From: a virus
Strand: one strand, 5' to 3'
IMG/VR virus record: IMGVR_UViG_3300043775_001610
Location: 1 to 64,000 of that record
DNA: 64,000 nt
The notes under the pieces are model-generated. The model was not told where the DNA came from, ran no database searches, and saw only the letters and a list, made by a program, of their open reading frames with translations. This document shows positions 44,651-55,800 of the stretch, in pieces; the stretch's first letter is position 1; every line of letters begins with the position of its first letter. A program made the translations under genes and the position numbers.

Positions 44651-45152
44651 TTATAAATTAGATTCAATGTTTGAAATAAGAAAGTTTTTATGGAACAGAC
44701 TAACTTGGCTTGGCATATTTGACGAGAATGATTATTATTCAGACAACCTAGGCGAAGCCCTTATCCCAATAGTACCAGTTCAACAACAGCCAGAAATGAA
44801 TCAATTCTTAAGCGGCAAGAAGCACATAGTCTACGACAAGGTAGGAATGTCCTATGAGAATAACTGGATGATATGTTGCGAGCAAATCCTATTAACCCTA
44901 TATTCACCAGACATCTTGGATATTGTTGAAATAAGAAACTTCCTAACTGATGAATTTAGAAGAATGGATGAGTCTGCCAGAGATGTCAATAAATGGACGG
45001 GATTATCAGATAAGTTCAAGTTTCATAGCATCCAGGTAGCAGACATATCATCTACATCACCATCAGAAGAGATCCAAGGATTCTATGCAGCAGATGTAGT
45101 ATTGGAGATAAAATACTCCAGAATACTGGATGGCAAAGGCAGGTTTGCCTAG
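44643..45152 (+). CDS. tail terminator
   Basis: Position before tail tube; PI.PVQQ.PE. Confidence 0.65.
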   Translation: MANYKLDSMFEIRKFLWNRLTWLGIFDENDYYSDNLGEALIPIVPVQQQPEMNQFLSGKKHIVYDKVGMSYENNWMICCEQILLTLYSPDILDIVEIRNFLTDEFRRMDESARDVNKWTGLSDKFKFHSIQVADISSTSPSEEIQGFYAADVVLEIKYSRILDGKGRFA

Positions 45153-45255
45153 TTTGCCTTTTATAAGCTAGTAGAGTAAAATTAGAACAGAGGAAAGGGC
45201 CTAGCCAGCCAAATATATATATTAATTTCATATGAAATCAGGAGGAAATACAATT

Positions 45256-46038
45256 ATGGCATATCAAAATACAGGTGACGCTAAGAATATTCTTGTTGGC
45301 GCATCACCACTATTTTTGTCAGTAGAAGACTCAACAACATCAGGTTACAACACAAACATGGAAGCGGGACTAGCGAAAGCTTTCGTTGCAGATAAAAACC
45401 GTCTTGTACCAGCATTTGTAGAAGCAGAGTCTTATACTACAACACTAAACAAAGTTTTACCAGTTACAGCAGCTACACAACAGACAACACCAACAGAGGC
45501 AAACCCTCTAAAGGGTGCAGCATACCGTAACGTTGGTTACACAAATAACGGTCTTCAGATCAGTTACCAACCAACATACGATTCTGTAACAGTTGATCAG
45601 CTTCTAGATACAGCTAAGCTATTTAAATCTGCAATGCAGGTTCAAATTTCAACTGAAATGGCAGAAGGAACCCTAGAAAATATTCTTGCAGTATTTGGAC
45701 AGAAGTCAGATACACTAAAGCCAAAGAAGGGTGGAACTCCAGAAGCAGTCCTAACAGGACTAGCAGCAGAAGATCACCTTGGCCTAGAAGCAGGTGCACT
45801 TGGTTCAGCTCCAACAGAGCGTCAACTAATTGCAATTGGACAGGCTCCAACATCAGAAGCAGCAGAAACTGAGCGTGTATACTATGCACGTCGTGTTTTG
45901 TCTGTTGAGCAGTCACAGTTCTCTTTGGCTCGTACAGCAGCAACAACATTCCCAGTAACATTCCGTCTTCTACCAGACGGTAATTATGCTGGTTCAGAAT
46001 ACGGTAAGATTATTGACCGTGTACTAAGACTAAACTAA
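45256..46038 (+). CDS. major tail (tube) protein
   Basis: NILVGA; VGYT.NGL...Y.P....V.VDQLLD; AE.TLEN; PVTFRLLP; start after GGAGG. Confidence 0.85.
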   Translation: MAYQNTGDAKNILVGASPLFLSVEDSTTSGYNTNMEAGLAKAFVADKNRLVPAFVEAESYTTTLNKVLPVTAATQQTTPTEANPLKGAAYRNVGYTNNGLQISYQPTYDSVTVDQLLDTAKLFKSAMQVQISTEMAEGTLENILAVFGQKSDTLKPKKGGTPEAVLTGLAAEDHLGLEAGALGSAPTERQLIAIGQAPTSEAAETERVYYARRVLSVEQSQFSLARTAATTFPVTFRLLPDGNYAGSEYGKIIDRVLRLN

Positions 46039-46055
46039 TTATATAAATAATTATA

Positions 46056-46087
46056 AGTAAAGCCTCCAAGAAATTGGGGGCTTTACT
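46056..46087 (+). terminator. terminator hairpin after tail tube gene
   Basis: AGTAAAGCCTCCAA-GAAA-TTGGGGGCTTTACT. Confidence 0.7.
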
Positions 46088-46145
46088 GTTGTATCCGTAT
46101 AATGGTTATGCTATAATAATTTAGACGATCCTTAAGGAGGATAAA

Positions 46146-46478
46146 TTGGCAACAACAGTATATGATGTAGAAGAGATTGAACTACAAAGCGGAGCTAAAG
46201 TAAAGCTCAAGCCATTATCAATCAAGCAACTGCGTAAGTTTATGGAAGTAATCAAGAAGGTTCAAGATGCGGAAGATGAAGCTGCTACTCTTGGAATTTT
46301 AGTTGAAGCATGCGGAGTTGCACTAGAAGTTCAGCTGCCAGATCTTGTTCAAGATATCGATAAGCTTGAAGAAGCATTAGATGTTCCAACAATTAATCGC
46401 ATCCTTGAAGTTTGCGGAGGAATTAAGATGGACGACCCAAACCTAATAGCGGCAGCGGTACTGGCTGGTCAGAACTAG
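46146..46478 (+). CDS. tail assembly chaperone (G)
   Basis: TTG start after AGGAGG; between tail tube and TMP. Confidence 0.85.
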   Translation: MATTVYDVEEIELQSGAKVKLKPLSIKQLRKFMEVIKKVQDAEDEAATLGILVEACGVALEVQLPDLVQDIDKLEEALDVPTINRILEVCGGIKMDDPNLIAAAVLAGQN

Positions 46479-46813
46479 ATTTAGCCGCTTTAGAAGGCCA
46501 AGTTTTTCTTTTAGGTCACTGGAAGAATTACGAAGAGCTAGAAGAAAATTTATCGATGCCAGAATTGGTTCAAACCATAACAGCGATAAATGAAAAAGAG
46601 CATAACCAAAGAAGATTCGCAGCATCTCTAAAAGGAATACAATTAGATGATGATGTAGAAGAAAAAGAAAAAGGTTCTACCTTTGAGGATATCCAAAGAA
46701 GAGCTCTTGGAATTAAAGCATCAGCAGATGATGTTGTTGGTTTACAAGGTCCCTTCGCAGCGCAAGCTGGATTTGGAATTGGCGCAGGGTTAGGATACTC
46801 TAGGAGTAATTAG
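46146..46813 (+). CDS. tail assembly chaperone G-T product via -1 frameshift
   Basis: Slippery C CCA AAC at 46436-46442; -1 frame open for 38 codons into ORF 46556-46813. Confidence 0.8.
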
Positions 46814-49800
46814 TGGCTGACGAACAAATCGTAACCAGTATAGTCGCCAAAGCCGACTTGTCTAGCCTTGTGTCTGAAGTACACAGGGCTAGCGCTAGTC
46901 TACAACAATTACAAAGAGAGCTTCTTTCTTCAAACAGAGCAATAGCTGCTTCAACAAAGTTAGCAAATAACTTATTTAGAGATACACTGACTGGTAGTGG
47001 ACAATACTCCAGCCACTTTGTAAACCTTAATTCTGATGTAGATAAGTTTGGTAAAAACTTAGACGCTGGTAGATTAAAACTTAAAAACTATTTTTCAACA
47101 TTTAGAGAGCATGCTACAACACAAAAGGGCATGATCAGGGAGCTTGCCAAAGAGCAGGTAATGCTTCAGAATGCAGTACTTCAACCATTGGGTAGAAATG
47201 CTCAAGGTTTAATGCAGTACAATGTTATGATTCCTAGAGGTTTAGATGCTGTAAGAAATAGCGCACAACTAGCTCGAATGGAAATGCAGATAATGAATCG
47301 TGCATTGTCTGAAGGAGCAGGATCTTTAATTAACTGGGGTAAGAATACTCAGTGGGCAGGTAGACAGCTAACAGTTGGATTAACCGTTCCACTTACAATG
47401 TTTGGAGCGGCAGCTGGTAAAGCATTTAGAGAAGCAGATGCTGAATTAGTAAGATTAACAAAGGTTTACGGAGGACTAGCATCAACATCTGCACAAGATC
47501 TCAAAGCAATTAGAGAAGAAGTTGTGCAAACAGCAAAGTCTTTATCCCAAACAATGGGAGCCTCATTTAAAGATACAATTGCATTGGGTGCTGATATTGC
47601 AGCGACTGGAAAGATGGGCAACGATCTTTTAGAGTCAATTTCAGAAACTACTAGACTTTCTATTTTGGGTGAAGTTGACAGACAAGATGCTATGAAAGCA
47701 ACTCTATCAATTCAAACAGCATTTAAACAGAATACAGAAGAGCTTACAGAATCAATTAACTTTTTAAACGCAGTTGAAAACCAGACATCAACTACACTTG
47801 CGGATTTAGTAGAAGCAATTCCAAAAGCAGGTCCAGTAATTCAGCAACTAGGCGGAGATGTCAAAGACTTAGCTCTTTATTTGACAGCAATGCGAGAAGG
47901 TGGAATTAATGCATCAGAAGGTGCTAACGCATTAAAGTCTGGACTTGCATCTCTTATAAACCCAACAAAACAAACTGTCGGTATGATGTCAGACTTTGGC
48001 ATAGATGTTATGGGTATGGTTGCAAAAAATACTGGAGACACAACAGGCTTATTAACAGACTTACAAAAAGCTTTAGACAGCCTTGACCCGTTAAGCAAAG
48101 CAAGGGCAATGGAGCAAATGTTTGGAAAGTTTCAGTTTGCAAGAATGAGCGCCTTGCTTAATAACCTAGGCAAAGAAGGTAGCCAGACACTTCAGGTTAT
48201 GGAATTGATGAAAGCAAGCACTTCAGATTTAGCAGGAATTGCTGAGCGAGAATTAGGAATGATAACGGAATCCGCTTCTGGAAAATATAGAAGAGCTATG
48301 GAATCCCTAAAAGCATCTCTGGCAGATATTGGAGAAGATTTCCTACCAGTTGCAACAAAGCTTGTAAATGCAGCAGCAAAGATATTAGACTTCTTTAGTA
48401 ATTTACCATCCCCAATTAAAAAAGCAGTTACTTTCTTAGCAGGATTTACCGCATTAGTTGGACCACTTATTATGTTAACTGGTGTTCTTGCTAACTTCTT
48501 TGGATACATAACTAAGGGTATTGTTCAACTAAGAGCATTCTTTATGAAAGCTAATGGATGGAAGATGCTTACTCCAGAAATTATTGCCGCTCAAAAAGCA
48601 GCAGAAATGGTGGAGAACGCATTTTATTCAGATGCAGCAGCAGCTCAAGTTCTTCACAATGCATTACAAAAACTTGTTTTAGATTATCAAAATTTGCAAG
48701 CAGCTTCGATGAAAAATGCTGTTCCTGTAAACCCAGGAGTAAGTACAGTTGGCGGTGCACCAGTAATGGTTGCTGGAAGAAGAGTTGTTGACCCTAATGA
48801 TCCTTATGTAGGAGATGTTAACACTAGAGCAATGTCTCACATTAACCCTAGAGATCCTAATAATCCTGCAACAATATTTGGTGGTGTTCCTGGCGCAGTT
48901 CCAGTTAACAGAGGAATATCAAGAACCCCTCAAGTATACATGCATGATAGACTTCCAAATATTGAAGGACTAACAAGTATAAAAGGAATATCGACAGGAA
49001 TTGTTCCAGGAGAAGCAGCTAAATTTCACGCATTGATGGCAACACTTGGTATGCAAACCAAGCAAGAGGTTGCGGAATTAAAGAAAACAATTGCTATGGG
49101 TGGAACAGTAAGCAGAGAGCTACTAGACACATTTGATGACATATTGCCAATAACTCAAAGATTTGCAGATAGTGCAGCAACACAAGCAGCAGTAATTGTG
49201 CAGCAAATGAGAAATGCAGAAATAACAGTTGAGCAGGCAAAGGCAAGAATCTTAGCACTCAATGCACAAATAGAGGCAGACATGGGTACAGCGGTAAGCA
49301 TGTATGCTGCAGGCCGAGGAAGAACGCTAGATTTAACAAGAGCTCCGATGATGGATCAACCAGTTGTTGATGCAAATGGTCAGTTTACACTAAGAGATCT
49401 TTATAAGAAAAAAGCAAATGCTTCTGTGATGGAAGAGTTTGGAAGACTTCGTGGAGTAAGAACATTCGGCGCACCATATAGTATTCAAACAACAAGAATG
49501 CCTAGATTTAATACTGGAGGAGACGTAGAGTCGTTTGGCCCAAATAAAACTATGGTGTCTGGTCCATCTTCAATTAACTATGACGATAGGTTGGGAGAGG
49601 TCCCTCTCGGTGGATATGTTTTAAATCAGCAGGCTTCCATGGATCCAGCAAATGCTGATTTGGTTGCTATGGCTCCATCTACTTATTTGAATAATGGTGG
49701 AAGCATTACCGCAGCTCTTACCCCACGGGAGGTTGTCTTTGGTCCACAAATTCAAAGAATGCCTGAGCTTTATGCAGCCGTAGATGCAGCAAATAGTGGA

Positions 49801-52800
49801 TATAATTTCGGCGGGCAGATTATGGCTGGTATTACTGGATATGGAAAGAAAACATCTAATACTCCAGGAAGCAAAATGGATGAAAGACTGTTTAAAAAAC
49901 AGTACAAGGAATATTTAAGATTTATTAATAACCCACGATATGAAGATGACATGAGAGTAAGAATGATCATGTTGGACGCAGCAGAACTATCTTATACAGC
50001 AAAGATGCCTATGGATCAAGCTATAAAGACAGCAACATCTAATTTTGATTCTGCTAAAATACAATCTGGTGGATCTGATGAGAAATTTGTAAAGATAAGA
50101 ATTAAACAGGTACAAGATTTAGAAAAAAAGCATAAAGAGCTAAAAGTTAAAAATGCTAGAACTGCCGACACAAGCAGTAGCAAGGCTCTTAACTATAATT
50201 TAAACAAGGTCAGAGATGCAATGCTGGCTGACAAAAGCTTTGCTGCCGTCCATGATTTAATAAAAGATGTTTCCCCAACAACATTTAAAAATCGTAAAGG
50301 AATGCCAATCATCCAAGGATTGCATGATAGAGCACACTTTAGGCGTCGAGGTACACTTGGTTATATGACCAGCGGATACATGGGTCTTGCTGCAGTTATG
50401 CCTTCAGGAATAAATAATATAATGAGCAGGCTTGAAACTCTAGGACTATCAAGAGATGTTTTAAATTTAAATGCAGCAGATGCAAGAGAAAATTTTGCAT
50501 TAGCTTTAAAGAAAACAGGTATGGATAAGTTTGCAACAGTAGACGATCTTTATGCAGCAGTTATGGACGACGGTAAGTTTAAGACCAAGGCGCAAATAGA
50601 GTCTGGTAATGTTGTAAGAGCAAATAGAAAGCAGAGAGATTCTTGGAGCATGTTCTTACGAGCTGCAGCAACAAGACAGAAATGGATTCCAGGAAGACCA
50701 CCTAGACTTGTACCAGCTGGATACAACCTTGGCGGAATGATTCCAGGAGGGGCTATATCTAGAAATAGATTAAACTACGGCAACATCGCTCCGCTGCTTA
50801 GGTTATTAACACCAAGTCAACAGCTAAAGGTTTTAGGTCATGCCCGTGCAATGTCTTTTACAGGACGTTCTCCATACCCAAATACATCATATAGCCACAT
50901 AATATCGCCAAGCACAGGTCGTAGTTTCCCTGTACCTGGAGTTGGTGGAGTTTATGATGATGATCAAAAGAACAGAGTGTTTTTTAAAGCGGTTCCAAAT
51001 GAAAAAAGTTTAGTTGCAGAAACTCATGGAACAGCGATAGGAAGAATACTAAAAGTAATTACTCCAGTTCAAACTAGAAAAACAATTCCTAACCCACTAG
51101 ATCCAACTGGAAAATCAAAGTTCCTTGGTGCAGAATCACCTTATGATGAAGGATTTATTAATCCTAATACATCTATACCTGGAAAATTTAGTCAAGATGA
51201 AGTTTTAGATCAGCTTATTACATCTCTTATTTTTGGAAATAAAGATTTATCAAGAGCAAATGTTCATGGAAGACGACTAGCCGATGTTGGAAATGGAGGA
51301 GTATTAGCTAAGGCATCTATGAATGATGACTATGCAAAAACAATGCCTTCTATGGAAGAGATGGCAATGATCAATTTGCTGCAAGTTCGTGGAGGGGCTA
51401 GAAAAGATTTTGCTCATGACACCGCTCCTATTATTGCACAAATGACTCCAAAGCAGTATGGGGATGCCATAAGAGAAAAAATGAAAGCGGCTTATCCAGA
51501 ACTAAAGAAATATATACTTGCTATTCCTAAAAAAGAAAGAAAGCCTTACTTAGCTATGCTTGAAAGGTTTGAAACTGGCATGGATGTCGATTGGGCCAAA
51601 TATCATTCTATGCATGCTAATCCTAAATTTAATGCTGGAGGACCAGTTGGTGGAGGTCCAGTTCAAAGAAACAGATATGCTTATGGACGCAAAAAAGATG
51701 GATCAAGAAGACTAGGTAACCCAGCTGCAAGAGCAGCGCAAGAAAGAGCAAGAGCAGAGAGATCTGCAGCTTATAACCCAAGCAGCGGATCTTCATATAC
51801 AGCGACTGGAAATCCTCAGATGCAGGTAGCACGTGTTCCGTTTGTTGGAGGAACTGGAGTTCGTGGTAATGCTTACACTGGAGTTCCTACTGAATCTATG
51901 GCCAGAACAGTTGGTGTGATGAGACTTGCACAATTCCCTCATATGAATATGCCAACAATGCCAATGAATATTCCAGGAATAGGTAACACGTCAGCAATAA
52001 CAGCAGCATTTGCATCAATGGGAAATTCAATTAAAAGAGATTCAATGCAATTAGCAAAAGCTATAAAATTTAATGCACAATATATCTCTATGTCAACTAA
52101 AGAAAGTGCAATGTCTATTGTTAATAGAACAAAGTCTGCAGCAAATACAGTAATGACTTATACAAAAGCTATATCAAGTCAAGTTCTGGCTTCATCAAAA
52201 GCACAAGTTTCAAGACTTAAATCAGCTGGTTCAAGGTTTTATAATTCAATTGTAGCTGAGCAAAATGCTTACGCAGCAACAAGATATCCAGTTGGACAAG
52301 CCCCACCACAAGGATTTTTTGGCCCAGGCTATGTTGGTAAATATAAAGATTTAGGTGAGGGGCTACAGTCTAGAAAAGTAGGAAGCCTAGGTTTTAGAAG
52401 AACAGAGTATCTAGTTAATGGCGTAAGCATGACTGCAAAGCAGGCAAAAGCAGAGGGAGTTAGAATACCTCAAAGAGCCAATGGAATGAGCGTGGGTGCT
52501 CAAATGGGAATTGGTATGGCTGGATCAATGGGTGGCATGGCATTGATGCAACAAGAAAAGGTAAAGGTTTTTGGAACAGAGATGTCTGGAATGACTGCTG
52601 GAATGGGATTAATGGCTGCTACATCAATAATTCCAATGCTCCCTTTGGCAAAAATGCTTGCTGGAATTAAAGCTGGTGCAGCTTCAGCTAAAGCTGCAAT
52701 ACAGGGATTCTCAATGACAATGAAAGGCCTAAGAGCAGGAATTGCTTTACTAGCCAGATTTGCAAAAGGCTTTGGCCCAATTGGAATAGCTATAACAATA

Positions 52801-55800
52801 GCAACAGCAGGATTTAAAATTTATAAGGCAATTCAAGATGACTGGCAAGATGCCAGAATGGGTCTTTCAATGACTGCAAAAGCTGCAGAACAGGCAGGAG
52901 TGAAATACTTTAACTTGCAAGAAACAATGCAAGGCTATCTAGATAAGCAAAAAGCTGTAGCAGTTGCAGCTAAAGCATCACAATTTAATTCAATAGGAAT
53001 GCCTGGACTTCCTAAATCTGTAGAAGATGTAAAAAAGGCTAAAGAAGAAGGAAAGGCCTTAAAAGAAGTTATTGAGTCTATTAATAGATCAACTAGTACA
53101 GAAGAAACAAAGAGACTTCTATCAACTCAAAAGGCTCAATATATTGCAGGCGGAATGAGTGTTGAAGAAGCAAACAGAAAGCTATATGGGGCATTGCTTA
53201 ATAGTAATAAGGCTATGCAGGCATATGACATTCTAGGAAACAGTGCATTTGGAAAAATTGTAGACAAAGCAACGGCTGCAGAGTATGCTGTTGGAAACTT
53301 GATAAACACATTAAACAAAGGCTCAGGAACAGCTGATTGGTATAAAGAGGTTGCTGTAGGATTTGAAGGATTGATAAATACTTTCCAGGCAGCAACATCA
53401 AGCTTAATTGGAACAAAAGATGCAATGGGAAATGTTATAGATGATTATAAGGCTTATGACATGGTCATGTCTAGTTCAGAAAAAATGTATCCAGGGTTTA
53501 CTGCCCCAATTGGTGAAGAGGCATATGATAACCTTAGCAAGACAAACAAGCTGTTGGCTGGAATTGTAACTAAATCAGATAGCGTAAAAAGTATATTAGC
53601 AAAATGGAGTTTATTTACATCTGGAGTTAGTTATGATTTAAGTAAGATTGGTCCAGAGTTGGCAATTCAGTTAGCTGGATTTTCTGAAGCAGTTGGATCA
53701 GGAATTACTCAATTAACTAAGGCAGGTGGAGACGCTACTACTTTTGGAAAAGTTGGGTCTGCTTTAGAAAAATTGAAAAAGCAAGTAAATGCTGTTAGCG
53801 CCGCTTCTCAAAGGGCTGCAGCTGCAGCTCAAAGAAGCGCACAAGAAGAATTAAAGCTGCTTGATAAAAAACTTAAAGCTATTGATGATGAAAAAAATAA
53901 AAAACTAGAATCTTTAAGAGCAACTCAAGAGGCATCAAATTACGCATTAGAGTTACAGAAACTTCAGATTGAGTATGCTGATGCTGTTTCTCGTGGAGAT
54001 ATGGCAGCAGCAAATCGTGCCCAATTAGAAATAGACCAGCTTACTTTAAACAGACAGTCAGAACTTGCTCAAAAAGCAATTGAAGATGCAGCAAATAGGG
54101 CAAAAGCTCCTATAGAAAAATCTAAAAATGCTATACAAGATAAAGCTGACAGAGATAATAACGCTAATCAAAATGCTACAGATAATGCAGCACAAGCGGC
54201 AGAAGTTTCTGAAAAGCTAGTTGGCTTCCAGCAATCATATAATGAGTTAATTGAGCGTGGAATAAAGGCAAAGCTTATGCCAGACCCAGAAAGAATAAGA
54301 GAAGAAAAGAAAGTGCAGGAAGGTCTCCTTGCACTAGCCAAAGAACTTCAGACAGCTGGAACTGGAAACACAGCACTTGCTAAAGCAGTTCGTGAAGGAT
54401 TCCAAAAATTAAAACTATTTGATAAAGATGGAAATCCTGTAAGCCTTACAACAAAAGCGCCAGCAACAACTGGATCTGGAATGCCAAAAATTGGTCCAGA
54501 TGGAAAAGTTGTAACTCCATCTCCAATAATAAACCCAGATCTTCTTAAGCAATTTAGTAAAGATATGTTGGCAGTATCTGATATTGCAGAAAAAATAACT
54601 GGTGGTAAAACTAACTTAGATAGACTTAGAGTAGATTTGCTTCAAGCTTTAGGAGTTAATCCAGACAAATTATCAAAGACTGGTGTTGCTGGAAAAACTA
54701 CTGGAACAGGTTTGCCAGGAGATCCTAAAAAATATTTTGATTCATCTGGCAGAGAGATATCAGAAAAAGAATATAAGAGTCTACCAGTAGGAGCACCTAA
54801 AGGCGCAAATGGTGTATCTGGAGAAACTTATATAGTCCCTATAAAAGGTCTAAGCAATAGAGAGTTTACAGGATATCCCGATGTTAGCTTAAAATTTGCT
54901 AAAGCAAATGGTGGCAAACTTACTTTCCAGGATACAAACGGATACATTTACTATTCAAATGGTAAAGTTACGAAGGATGGAAAAACAGTTGGCGCATGGC
55001 TTGCTGCTCTACCAGGTGGAAACGGAAGATTAAAGTCTTACCATGAAGGCGGAAAAGTATTTGGCGAAGGAACTGCAACATCAGATTCTATTCCAGCAAT
55101 GCTTTCGGATGGAGAATATGTATTTAGTGCAAAGGCTGTAGACGCTGCTGGCGGACCAGATGTTGTTGACAACTGGCACAAAGCACTTAGAAGAGCAGAT
55201 GGCGGACCAATTTATCCTTTAGGTAAAAAACCAAAGTCTGCATACAACTCTAAGAATCAACCTACTGGAAGTCCTTACGGAAGATACTGGGGAGAATTAG
55301 AAAGACTATATCAAAGCTCACCAATCGGTTTTGATAAAAATGGAAAGCCTATATTTAATAATGCTGGAAAAGATCCATGGGGCGGAGTAGAGATACCAGG
55401 ACTTCCATTTAGTGGCAAGGTAGGACAATTCTCAGATTACTGGCATCAGCTAGCAGAGCAACCAAGAAAGTATAGCGGTCCTGGAATGGGTCTTGACAAG
55501 GATCCAATGCGTTACGCAGGCTCTGGAGCTTCTATGGGAGGCATTGGAAACGGTGCTTACGGAGTTGGTCCACTTATGTTCCACGCAGGTGGGGCAGTCG
55601 GTCATAAGCATGATGTAAATCCAATTACAAAGGCATTTAGGTTCTTTAAGAATGCAATGAATAATGGAACAAATCCAGCATCATCAATGATTATGGATAT
55701 TATAAATCAGGCAGGGTACTTAGGGCAAACTGGCCTAAGCAGCCTGACAAAGGGCATAGTTCCTAAGCCTACTAAAGTCCAAGATAAGGATTTCCAAGAG

